Positions 12,440 to 23,099 of a stretch of 61,700 bases of DNA are shown one piece after another. Location: positions 1,267,762 through 1,329,461 of the forward strand of contig JBNZDD010013636.1 of assembly GCA_050575255.1 (NCBI GenBank), given 5' to 3'. Source of the DNA: Harriotta raleighana (lineage: Eukaryota). Below the pieces are notes generated by a model. It was not told the DNA's origin. It was given only the letters and a program-made list of their open reading frames with translations, and did not search any database. The translations under genes and the position numbers were made by a program. How positions within the stretch are numbered: position 1 is the stretch's first letter; the number at the start of each line of letters is the position of its first letter.

Positions 12440-12835
12440 TTTTGCTCAGTATTACTGTCATCGCCACCTGGTCAGAAGGGTATGGGTTCCAAGACCAACA
12501 CTGGGACTCTTAACTTAGCCTCTTAGCTTCTGTGCAGCACTACAAGAGTGCTGCAATACCAGAGATGCTATCTTTCAGATCAGATATTAAGCTGAGGTGC
12601 CATCTGCCTGTTGAAGCGAACGTTAAAGATCTCATAGATCCCATTTGAAAAAAAAGAAAGCTTCTCGAATCCTGGCCAACCTCCAGAATAATTGGCCATT
12701 CACTTCATGATAGTTTGTTGGACTTTGCTGGTACAAACTATCACCTCATTTGTTTACGGAAACAGTCACTGCTCTTTGACAGCATAATAATTAACTGTGG
12801 ACCACTTTTTGATGTTACAAGGAGCTATAAAAAGA
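12440..12835 (+). mobile_element. Old long Deu-domain SINE (SacSINE1/AmnSINE1-like)
   Basis: CTTTCAGATCAGATATTAAGCTGAGG...CATCTGCCTG...TTAAAGATCTCATAG...CCTGGCCAAC matches the 5' half of the Deu domain as I recall it. Confidence 0.7.
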
Positions 12836-13437
12836 TATGCAAAACCAATACTGTGACTAATGCCTTACTCAGCTATAAATTTGAAAGAATGATTGAATAT
12901 CAAAACATTCTCTGGAGAGGAAGTTGCTGCTTTGCATATGACTATAAAAATTCCTGACCTGCTCATTTCTAATGCTAATTTCTACCATATAGTAATAAAT
13001 TACAGAATATTATCAACAATAAAGCATACAGAGCAATAGTTCCCTTGAGGTTAATAACAAATTGAATTTACCCTAGCCTTGAGAAAGGAGAACTAATCTC
13101 TTTTTCTATCAAACAGATCAACAGTTAAATATTTTATTATAACTTTATGGCTGAAGCTGCAGATTACCATTCAGTTTCAATTGAATTTCAGAATGAATCC
13201 CGGAGCAGTGGGGTCATCAGGGATTCATTTCGCACAATCATGATTTAAATATTTAACAAGTGATCCGATTAAAACAACTGCTTTTTTTTCTCACATAGAG
13301 CACAAGAATTTTGCCAAAAAATATACTGTGTAGCTTTCAACTTACAATCGAAACAGGGCCTATAAAGAGGGACAACCCAAAAACGGTTTGTCTGTTATTA
13401 AAACAAATCTTGATTACTATGATATCGGTATATGATA

Positions 13438-13588
13438 ATATAATAATAATCCTTGCATTTGAAAAGTACCTTATCACGTCATCGAGATGTCTCAAATTGC
13501 TTCACAGGATTTAAGGTATATTTTGTAGGTGAACATGACAACTCATTTGCACACGGCAGTGTCCCATAATTATTTTGGGGGGATTGTT
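13438..13588 (-). mobile_element. Deu-SINE 3' fragment
   Basis: (ATA)nATCCTTGCATTTGA...GTCTCAAA...GGCAGTGTCCCA. Confidence 0.75.
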
Positions 13589-13655
13589 GTGATGAATGAG
13601 AAGCTGTCGCAATATTTCATTCACAATCATTTTGCTGTCTGATTTCCACTGGGAT
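13589..13655 (+). repeat. Copy A of a ~58-65 bp local duplication (copy B at 15256-15325)
   Basis: GATGAATGAGAAGCTGTCGCAATATTTCATTCACAATCATTTTGCTGTCTGATTTCCA differs from copy B at 6 of 58 positions, with no gaps. Confidence 0.85.
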
Positions 13656-13880
13656 GAATCCCTTTCTTTAAGATTTAGGCCTTTTTTCTTTACATTTTAA
13701 GAGCGAGCAAATTGTGAGTCTTAAATTCAAACTTAATTAAACTGGTTTTCTAAAGATCAAATTGACGGATTATTAAAATAAGATAATTTTGAGAAGTACA
13801 GAAACTTCAATATTAAGACTGAATTGTCCAAGATGTGTGCGCACTGAAATGGTAAACAAAATCTAGATCTTGGTAGAATA
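13643..13880. repeat. Degenerate copy of the foldback (palindromic) repeat family
   Basis: Shares TCTTAAATTCAAACTTAA...GTTTTCT, TTAAGACTGAATT and AATCTAGATCTTGGTAGAA with the copies at 16700, 18824 and 48777. Confidence 0.5.
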
Positions 13881-15249
13881 TCTTTATTAATAATTTATGT
13901 AGATTTTACAAGAGGACATGTAAAGAGGACTTTACATTAATTCAGTCTAATCAACATTCTATTTCTACATGACGCATTGTGCTCGCTTTACAATGGTGTT
14001 TTATAATGTGTTTTATAATGTGCTCTATGTAGAAATACCATATGAATGATTTATGAAGCGTCACTAATTTTTTACTACACTGAAACTCTGATAACTTGTC
14101 ACCCCAAGGGAAATAGCTCAAATGACAACTTATCAGTTATCCAGATGGTGCTTTCAATGGCAAGCTATGTTATTAAATTCCAGCATTTCTCCCAATGCAT
14201 TCTATGGGATTCCCGAATCTTGCCAACCTGCATCTAATACTCTCTGACAAGCAGAATGTGTCCTTCCAGCTAAAGAGTGCACATTCGAGTACAAGGGAAT
14301 TTCTAACTGTCGAGCTTGGATTTGATTTGAATATTACAGTATTAAGAATGGGGATGGGTTTCAGCATGCATCAGACATTCAGCTGACCAGAAAAAAAAGC
14401 TAAACAGGTTTAAAGGACAGATGGATTTGAACTGCACTACCTTGATCTTCTGAAACGTGGAATCATGTTGCACACCCCTGCATTGAATATGCAAAGGCCA
14501 AGCAATATGTTTTCTGAGAAGTCACACGGAATTCCTAAGCACAACATATCTCCAGAACCTATTTCCCCTGGTAACATATATATTTAAGTTCTAGCAGTGC
14601 AGTTTATTTTATTACAATATTATAGAATTTTGTCACTGAGCTCACAAGCCGTTGGTAATTAGCATTGTGTAATGGTGAAAGATGTTATGCTAATGTCATT
14701 TTGTTGTTGGTGGTGATCAGAGTTGCAGTTTGCACACCAGATTCTCTCTGGTTCAAATCTATGCAGCTCTCAGCCTCACACATAACAAATGGCTCCTTGA
14801 GCAAGATAAGAAAGGGGGAACAAAATTGGTGGAACAGTATTCCAGAAAGAGCCAACCTGACAAAGCATAAAGGTGGAAACACTAAATTTCTATACTGTAT
14901 ATAAAACAAAACAGCATGTATGCTTAATCGAGAAGTCCACTAACCTACTTTGTAAATACCTTTAGCTGAAACTTCAGAGTTTTTGTTACATGAATTGTTT
15001 TTGTGACACAAAAAATGCTGTTATTTCCGTGTATTTTACCCAAAATAATTTTTAAAACTTTCTAAAGCCAAAGTTCAAGAGCTCATGTGCCCCTAGTTGT
15101 TGTTATCCCAATCTCTTTATAAAGTGGTGTTTTGCTTGTCAATGGACACCAGTTAAAATCATGCATGTTCTTAATACAGGATCAAAGTCTGACTCCTGCA
15201 ACTATAGATTGGTATCTCAAATGTCAACGTGTCAAATTACGAATTCAAG

Positions 15250-15314
15250 GGAACCATGATGAATGAGAAGCTGTTGCAAAATTCCAGTCACAATAATTTT
15301 GCTATCTGATTTCC
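15250..15314 (+). ncRNA. Candidate box C/D snoRNA-like unit (copy B of the duplication)
   Basis: ATGATGA at 15256-15262, CTGA at 15306-15309, terminal GGAA/TTCC stem. No recognisable antisense target; short for a snoRNA. Confidence 0.2.
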
Positions 15315-16320
15315 AATTTGGGATGTCAATCTCATAGTCTTGAAATGGAAGAAACTTTACATACTTCAGTCACATAAATCAGCTGAGGGACGTATCCTGG
15401 GGGGATAAAAATATTAAGAGATATGTTGGGTAAGACGGGCCAGTGAGATCATTTGTTTAATAAGCTCCTGAGTCACGTAAATGGGAAGCTCATCATGCAC
15501 CATCTCAGTCACAATCTACTTCTTAATGGAATTCCTGGGTCAACAGGAATTTCCATGGGTTTCCTTAATAAGGAATCCGAGCTTTGTAAATTGTGAGTAA
15601 CGTGTAAACGTGTTATTTTAAGTACTTTATCTGGCTCTCGGGAAATCCACTCTGACACAATCTATAATTCATGACTGTTTGTGGGACATTGCTATGCAAG
15701 CAATTGGCTGCTGCATTCTGTCCCCAAAATATACAAAGTACTGTGTACACTTTACATTATATTCTGTGTAGCTCTTTGAGAAATATCCATGATGTGATAA
15801 TGTGGTATTTTATTAAATATTATTAATTATTATAAATTAGACTGTTAGCTGTAGTAAATTGAGACTCAGGTATCGTTTATTTTAATATTTTCTGTGCTGT
15901 CAGGGTCAATGCTGAGAGGCATTTGTCCTTGTTAGTGCAGATTAGCTGCCACATTTGCCTCCATAACAACAATCACACTTCAGATTAATTCTTTGTGTGA
16001 AGTACTTTGAGACATTTTAGCGCAGTAAAACACTAAATTAAAGCAAGGTCGTTATATCTGGCTCCATCTTTTGTTCTGATACTTGACTTTAGTCAGCACA
16101 CAAATAACTATAGTTTTCTAGACATCTCAAGCATACCATAAGGTTTATGACAACAATAATTGATGATTTACTGAGGTGTCTTAGAAATTCTTTCATGTTT
16201 TGTCTACAAATATTCTGGCATTTTTTCTCTCTGGTTAAGGGACAGCTTCACCCAAATAATAGGCCATCACTTTGAAATGTTGTCTTATACATCCCTTACA
16301 AATTCCACTTGAATTAAATA

Positions 16321-16682
16321 ATAATTATAATAATAATTCTTGCATTTGATATAGCTAATTTTCCCATCATCAAGACATTCCAAAATACAGTAGGATTTCA
16401 CTGTGAAATGAAATGTTTGTAGGAAAACACAGCAGCCAATTTGTGTAGGATAGTATCCCAGAAATAGTCAATGAAGTGAGTGACCAATTTTGTCTGGGAG
16501 ATTGTTGGCCAGGACACCAAGAAAACTCCCTTTTTTTAAAATAATGCCACGGGATCTTTAATGTTCACCTGACAACACCTTTGACAATGCAGCACTTGCG
16601 CAACACTTCACTGCAGTGGCAGCTTAGACTGTGAGTTCAAAGTCCCCACATGGGGCTTGAATCAACAATCTTCGGACTCTCT
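16321..16682 (-). mobile_element. Old long Deu-domain SINE, near full length
   Basis: Tail TTGCATTTGATATAG, GCAGCCAATTTG, TTGGCCAGGACACC, GCCACGGGATCTTTAATGTTCACCTGA, and head GGGGCTTGAATCAACAATCTTC. Confidence 0.8.
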
Positions 16683-17107
16683 TCATATAATATTTGAACC
16701 TGTATAGAATTTGGGAAATTCTTAAATTCAATCTTAATTTTGAAAGTAGTTTTCTGTAGGTGCTTTTAAGCACTACTACAGAATTTTTTTTCAAAGTTAA
16801 GACTGAATTGAACTATTCACCAAATTCTGGATGCAGTAAAAGCCCGTTTATCTGTGAGTCGATCAACTGGATAACCTGTTGATTGGCACCTCAAAAAACA
16901 AGTCCTGATTCGATAAACTGGAAATTATCCGGCAGAATAGTGATGACGTATTTAATGAATCAATTGTCGCATGCGACTACTGTGCAGGTATATTGGCTGG
17001 TGGCTAGTCAGCCTAAAGTCGCGCTACTGCCATAAAGGTCATGCTGCTGTTTGTTTTCCTCCTGTGGCGGTCATTGCAGAAGTTAAGTATAAATAATAAA
17101 GTACTAA

Positions 17108-17325
17108 TACAATATTCTGCTATTGTAGTATCTGTTATTAGTATATTTAGTTATTATTTATATAGTAGTGTACAATATTTACAATAAAGTAGCCATACAA
17201 TATTCTATTATTACAATGTTTACTCTATTATTTATATGGTACAGTGTACAACATTTACAATAAAACACCCATACAATATTGTTATTAACTGTTATTAATT
17301 AGTCTATTATTAATATGGTATGGTT
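17108..17325 (+). repeat. AT-rich tandem units (~76-88 bp, about 2.7 copies) inside the Tigger-like element
   Basis: TACAATATT...TATTATTTATAT...GTGTACAA.ATTTACAATAAA..CCA recurs. Confidence 0.65.
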
Positions 17326-17367
17326 AAAATAATTTTTTATTTAAAATAATTTTATTTAATAATTAAA

Positions 17368-17993
17368 TTAGTAGGGGCATAGAGTTTAAGAGTAGGGAAG
17401 TTATGCTTAATCAATACAAAACACTGGTAAGGCCTCAGCTGGAGTACTGCGTTCAGTTCTGGGCACCTTACTTCAGGAAGGACATTAAGGCACTGGAAAG
17501 AGTGCAGAGGCGATTCACAAGAATGATTCCAGGAATAGGGAACCTTAGCTATGAGGACAGGCTGGAGAAGTTAGGACTTTTCCCATTAGAGCAGAGAAGA
17601 TTATGCGGGGACCTGATAGAGGCCTTCAAGATCATGAAAGGTTTCGACAGGCTAGATTGGGAAAAGCTGTTTCCGCTGGTAGGTGTGTCTGTGACCCGAG
17701 GTCACAGTCTTAAGATATCTACCAAAAGAAGCAGAGGGGAGGTTAGAAGATTTTTTTTCACTCAGAGAGTTGTTTGAATTTGGAATGATCTGCCTGAAAG
17801 GGTAGTGAGGTCCGATTCGATAGCAGCTTTTAAGAGAGAACTGGATAGGTATCTGGGGAAGACGGGCTTACAGGGTTATGGGGAGAAAGCTGGTGATTGG
17901 GGTTAATGAAAGTGACATTGCTCTGTCAAAGAGCCGGCACAGACTCGATGGGCCGAATGGCCTTCTTCTGTGCCGTAACTTTCTATGATTCTA
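17368..17993 (+). mobile_element. CR1 LINE, 5'-truncated, relatively young
   Basis: ORF 17403..17777 YKTLVRPQLEYCVQFWAPYFRKDIKALERVQRRFTRMI...TRGHSLK is the canonical CR1 ORF2 C-terminus; 3' UTR GATGGGCCGAATGGCCT and TTCTATGATTCTA tail. Confidence 0.95.
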
Positions 17994-18103
17994 GGTAATT
18001 AAAATAATTTTATAAATCGTTCAACCGGAAAGCCATTTAACCGGCACTGGCCAGCCGTGGGTGCCAGATAAACGGCCTTTTCCTGTATATTGAAATGTTA
18101 GAT

Positions 18104-18404
18104 TAATAATAATAATCTTGCATTTGACATAGCGCTTTCATATCTTCTAAATATCTCAAAGCGCTTCACAGAATATACTGTAAAGTGAATTGACTGCATA
18201 TTTGTGGGCGAAATGTGGCAGCCAATTACGCACAGCAGTTTCCCACAAACAGTCGTAGATTGAAATGTCCAATTTTTTTTTGAGGGATTATTGTCAGGAG
18301 TGTGGAGGAAGGAAACTTTCCCAAGGTTTCGCCCTGCCTTGAATCGAATCCAGGTCTTTCGTTTGAAAGGCGAGTACTCTAACCACTGAGCTACAGGACC
18401 TCCA
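18104..18404 (-). mobile_element. Young Deu-domain SINE, full length
   Basis: Reverse complement of the 1572 and 12080 copies, from (ATT)n tail to TGGAG head. Confidence 0.9.
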
Positions 18405-18823
18405 TGTGTAATAGTTTAAATCTAGTCCCTGGTGGAACTTTATCATACAATAACATTCCGAACACGTTGTTTTGCTTATCTTTTTAGAAGGGTTGGTGAA
18501 ACATTATCCTCAGGTGTATTCCTGTGTCAATGATTACATGTTAATGTTGCTAAGCAAACAGGAAGAAACATGCTCTTTTCCTTTCTGTCCCCATTGCACA
18601 ATGTGTTTTTCAAACTTAAGCAACCTAAGTTATGTCACTTGACAGAACAGCACTGGGATCAATACTCCTCTTGAATACAGAAAGTTGTTCAACTGTTTAA
18701 TGAAAGTTGCAAGAGGGAATTAGATAGGTCCATGAAAGCAGTGGTATTGGAGGTATGAGATTTAGAGAGCACAGTTATTTAGAAAGTGGGACTGACTTGA
18801 CTAATTTATGGGATTTGCGACAC

Positions 18824-19057
18824 AGTGGAGAAAAATTCTAGCTGGGTCTAGATTAATGCTATTTGTATAGCCTTTTAGAGAGCCTAGAAATTGACAAATT
18901 GTTAATTACAGCCTTCATTAGTTTTCCGTAAGCTCTTTTAAGAACTGCAGAAAACTGACTTCCATGTTAAGATTGAATTTTAACAATTTCCCAAATTCTG
19001 GATGCTCTAAACTCAATATAAATTGAGGAAATCTAATCCTGGGTGGAGTTTCCCACT
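18824..19057. repeat. Foldback (palindromic) repeat, most intact copy (~235 bp)
   Basis: Nested inverted arms AGTGGAGAAAAATTCTAGCTGGGTCTAGATT / AATCTAATCCTGGGTGGAGTTTCCCACT and TTTAGAGAGCCTAGAAATTG / CAAATTCTGGATGCTCTAAA, with centre GCTCTTTTAAGAAC. Confidence 0.75.
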
Positions 19058-19289
19058 TCAGAAGGAGCAAGATAGACAACGTGTTCTGCTGATCACAGGA
19101 AGTGATGGTGACTCCACCTCAATGTGCCTGCGAGTAGATAGGAGAGTTCCCATGGATAGGCACGGCACACGCAGAAATACCAGCAGGTGGAGTTGCTATT
19201 ATGGAGATCAGAAAGCAAAGACTGCACTTTCACCCATACCAAATTCCGAATGTATAAATATTAACATCTCTTAATTCTACACCAATTCG

Positions 19290-19690
19290 CAAGTCTAAAT
19301 TGTCACAAAGTGTTTCACGTGATGCCTGTAAAGTGATGTAACTGATGCGGGAACACAGCAGCAGAGTCGCACAAAGTAATGTTCCATAAACAGCCATAGA
19401 GAGACTCACCAATTTTATCTAGGGGATTGATGGCCAGGACACTGATAAATTCCCTTCTCTTTTTGAAGAGTGCCCTGGGATCAAATCAAATCAAAATCAA
19501 AATTTTATTTATATAGCGCCTTTCACGTCGGGAGGACGTCAGGCAGACAGGACCTTGTATTTTGTTTCATTCCAATGATAACACCTCCAACAATTAATCA
19601 CAATGCAAAGGAGTGTAATATAGACTATGTAGAGCTTGAACCCATAACTTTCTGATTCAGGGGCAAGAATGCTACCAACTGAGCCCAGGG
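19290..19690 (-). mobile_element. Old long Deu-domain SINE with an L2 tail insertion at ~19482-19541
   Basis: GATGGCCAGGACACTG...GTGCCCTGGGATC and head GAGCTTGAACCCATAACTTTCTGATTCAGGGGCAAGAATGCTACCAACTGAGCC. Confidence 0.75.
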
Positions 19691-20184
19691 ATGCAGATGG
19701 GAGAGAGTTAGCAAAAGTGATAAAGAGAAAGTTACAAGTGAGAGACAGAAAGAGAGAACGTTACAGAGACTCGGGGAGAGAACATAACTCAGAGAAAGAG
19801 AAAAATAAGGAGTCAGAAAGAAAGAATGGTAGAATGAGAAAAGGGCTGATAAAGTGAAATACTATACTATAGTGATACTTATGATAGAACTATTTTTTGG
19901 TTAGTACTGTAGCCAACTTTTGTTTTAACGATGACTAAATATGTAAACTGATTTACCACAAAGGAGGTGGTACCAATTAATGAGGATAATCATCTTTCTA
20001 CTGTGTGTGCTCTTTTGTCGTAGCTGCAAATGTTGGTTTATAAACTATGAATTGCTTCTAATCCCAGCACTGAAGTACTATACAATAAGAGAGCTTCAGT
20101 TTTACAGTGCATGGTTACTCAAGTAAAGTTAAATTACAGCGGGATCGCCCGAAAGCTGATTCTGGGGAGTGTTGTCAAGCACTG

Positions 20185-20300
20185 CACTCTGCTCTCACAT
20201 ACATGTTCTCTCTCATACATATGCTCTCTCTGTCTCTCTCACATGCATGGCCTGCTCTCCGTCACATGCTCTCTTTCAATTACATGCTGTGCTCACAACT
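20185..20300 (+). repeat. Degenerate minisatellite (CACATGCTCTCT-like)
   Basis: About five diverged repeats of (T)CACATG(C)TCTCT; overlaps the low-complexity ORFs at 20107-20472. Confidence 0.55.
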
Positions 20301-20699
20301 GGTTTCAGAGCAGCACTGCTCAAGGCAGATAGATCAAACTGTCAGCTTGCTTATGCTTCGAGTGTCTGAGTCGTGCTCCAAGAATGTACATTTTATTTTA
20401 AAGATGAATAATTCTTGCAGTTTAATACAGTGCCTTATCATATGTCGAGATGTCTCAACACATGACACCTGACATACTGTAAAGAGGTGTGACAGCATGT
20501 GTCTTGTGGGTGAAGGGTGTTTTTCTTTCAAACATGAAATCAATAAATGTACAAACAAAATTAAAATGGGCAGGATATTTCACTTCTGGGTTCCTGTACT
20601 CTCTTACAAATAATGTGTGAAAGGGAGATTCCATGACAAAACTCTAGATAAGCGTTTTTCGTCCACAAAACATGTAGTCAATTCACAAAGCGAAGATGT

Positions 20700-20915
20700 G
20701 AAAATAAAATAATGATAATTTGGTCCATCAATTCACAACTGTTTGTGGGACACTGCTGTGTACCATTAGCTGCCATGTTTCTCCCATAAAATATACAGTC
20801 AATTCACTTTACAGTATACTGTATTCTGCAAAGCGCCTTGAGACATCTAGAAGACATGATAAGGCGCTATATGAAAGATTATTATTATATCAAATACAAG
20901 AATTATTATTATAAA
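20700..20915 (+). mobile_element. Deu-SINE, 5'-truncated
   Basis: CTGTTTGTGGGACACTGCTGTG...CAGTCAATTCACTTTACAG...AAGGCGCTATAT, with a doubled tail. Confidence 0.85.
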
Positions 20916-20982
20916 TTACTCATTCCCTTCATAACTGTTTGTGGGATGGGTGCTATGCTTGTCTACCAAAAACAAAATTGAC

Positions 20983-21235
20983 TAGAATCATAGAATATTA
21001 TAGCACAGAAGGAGAACATTCAACCAATCGTGCCTGTGCTGTATCTTTGGAAGAGCAACCCAATCAGTCCCACTCCCCCACTCTTTCTCCATAACATGAA
21101 TTTGTTTTTCTATTCAAGCACTTATCTAATTCCCTTTTGAAAGTTGTTATTGAATCTGTTTCCATCACCCCTTGAAGCAGTGCATTCCAAACCATAACAA
21201 CTCTCTGCGTAAAAATATTTCTCCTCATCTTTCCC
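20983..21235 (-). mobile_element. CR1 LINE 3' end
   Basis: TAGAATCATAGAA tail, CAGTCCCACTCCCC, GCATTCCAAACCATAACAACTCTCTGCGTAAAAA. Confidence 0.85.
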
Positions 21236-21544
21236 AATTACTTGTACTTGAGATGTTATGATGTTAAAATAACTATCACTATTATTTAAGTGTGTGTATG
21301 CATGTGTTGCTTATTCGAGAGAGCTAGAATTGGAAGTAAAAGTGAATTGTAACATGAAATATTGGAGGTGGAGAGTAATTTAAAAATTCTAAAATGATCA
21401 AACTTCCTCAAGCAAATCAGCATGATTAAACAGCTCTCAGCAAGTGACCCTATTTAACTAACATCACTGAAAATGCCTACATAACTCAAATCAGCATTAC
21501 AATCAACTGAAAATGCTTATTCCCAGATTGCGGTGCCTAACACA

Positions 21545-21753
21545 TGTATATTTGTGGGCGAAACGCGGCAGCCAATTGCACATAGCAGTGTCCTACAAAC
21601 ACTTGTGGATTGAAATGACCAATTCTTTTTTGAGGGGTTATTATTAGGTGCATGGAGTAAGGAAATTTGCCCAAGGTTTCACCCTGCCTGGAATTGAACC
21701 CAAGTCTCTCGCTTGTAAGACAAGTGCTCTAACCACTGAGCTAAAGGACTCCA
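21545..21753 (-). mobile_element. Young Deu-SINE, head and core without tail
   Basis: GGCGAAACGCGGCAGCCAATTGCA...CCCTGCCTGGAATTGAACCC...CTCTAACCACTGAGCTAAAGGACTCCA. Confidence 0.9.
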
Positions 21754-21799
21754 ATGTGCGTTGGGTACTGCTGGAGTCTGACATTGTCATGGATATTGC

Positions 21800-22030
21800 T
21801 GTCCGACAAGCTTCCCTGCTTTTGGTCCAGCTTGCACCAACCCTACCAATTAGGACTTTGGCTTGCAGGGTTAACAGGAGCTGAGTGAAACGACTCCCTG
21901 ACCCCGAATCTGGTCTGTCCTTCCAGGTCCTGCCAATGAGCTGAGATGGCTGAGCTGTCATCTGTAGGGCCTGGAATACTGCAGACCCACATGGCTCAGG
22001 AACCGGACGACTGAGACCGCCACAGAGGAC
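21800..22030 (-). mobile_element. Ancient SINE, AmnSINE2-like (tentative)
   Basis: Minus strand CTCTGTGGC...CTGAGCCAT...CCAGG...AGCCATCTCAGC...GGCAG...GCTCCTG...ACCCTGC follows the motif order of the AmnSINE2 consensus as I recall it. Confidence 0.4.
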
Positions 22031-23099
22031 AGGTTTGATTCCAACATTTAATTGCTAGGCAGGTCACCTTGAAGCCAGTTCAGCTACAAGGAGATCCTCC
22101 TACCTCCCCCAAGAATGATAGACACTGGCTGTGATAAACTAAGTCAATGCTTCCAACCAGCAAACAAGAACTGAATCAATAGTAAGTGGTAATGGGTACT
22201 TATATGGGTACTTGATTCATTGGTTCAGTGATGGGCTACTGAAAGGGTTCAGAATCGGACAGACATTTTTCAGAAGGATCAGGGCAGACAAAGTAAACAT
22301 GTTTAAGTCAACAAGTCATTTGGTCGATTGGTACATCCGCGCACAATTGTATACTCAAACAGAGTTTTGTGATGTGAGACCAGCTCACTGACAAATATTA
22401 AGTGGAATCTCATTTGCATCAATTTGTTGTATTCGTGTATAGAAAAGTTGACAGAAAAGAGACAAAGAGTCTCTTTTGAAACACAACTACATTGGTTTGC
22501 TTCAATGTGAGTTTCTCTTGGCGTCTATCCCGCAGGCATATTTGAACAGTTTCTTGTTAGCCTTGGCGGGAGGTATATTTTACACACCAGTGTGATACAC
22601 ATTCAGTCCTCGTCTCCATGTATGTAAGATGACATGGATTGAATGTTAATTACTAGGCAATGAAAATACAAGAGATTGTAAAGAGAAAGAATGGAATGAA
22701 ACTTCCAAAATGTAATGTGATAATTAACACACATGGTGCTAATTAACACATGTATTGAAATAAGCAACCATTGGATAATTAACACATGGATTGATCTCCT
22801 GCTGAGCTAGGGGCAGACCGTCCAACCTTCTTCTGAATGGTTCCGCTGATCAGTCTCATGGGAGTCTCATCTCACATTAGAAGGCCGTTTATCAGGCTTT
22901 ACTCTGATTGCATTTGTTAATTAAACCAGTATCCTGTTACCTGGATTTTCAATACAAAATACTGTCTGGGTATTGGGGCGGGGGAGAGACAGATTGTTCT
23001 GCCTCTAACAAACCTGGGAACTAGTCAATTTATATATATATTATGAGGTCACTTTTCAACACATTACAATTTTCGCACAATGTAAAACTTGAAAACCAT

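Larger units (their letters stand above)
16834..18085. mobile_element. Non-autonomous TcMar/Tigger-like DNA transposon with a nested CR1
   Basis: TIRs CAGTAAAAGCCCGTTTATCTG and (reverse complement) CAGGAAAAGGCCGTTTATCTG match at 19/21; TA on the right, TG on the left. A related end lies at 60738. Confidence 0.8.
16300..18440. repeat. Foldback repeat copy broken by nested insertions
   Basis: Left terminus AAATTCCACTTGAATTAAAT at 16300, inner hairpin at ~16706-16828 centred on GTGCTTTTAAGCAC, right terminus AAATCTAGTCCCTGGTGGAACTT at 18418-18440. Confidence 0.6.

Noticed and set aside
13591-15315. Duplicated unit as mutually exclusive coding exons (minus frames WKSDSKMIVNEILRQLLIH / WKSDSKIIVTGILQQLLIH)
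   Set aside because: No GT donor follows either copy, copy B lacks the matching acceptor, and most differences are non-synonymous.
17403-17777. Functional reverse transcriptase gene (also 46421, 52238, 57797)
   Set aside because: These are short 5'-truncated CR1 ORF2 pieces with premature stops or a mutated catalytic motif.
19690-19860. Charged low-complexity ORF (19669..19857)
   Set aside because: It is a GA-rich simple sequence.
20107-20472. 121 aa ORF as a real gene
   Set aside because: It runs through a degenerate minisatellite and into a SINE tail, with no recognisable domain.
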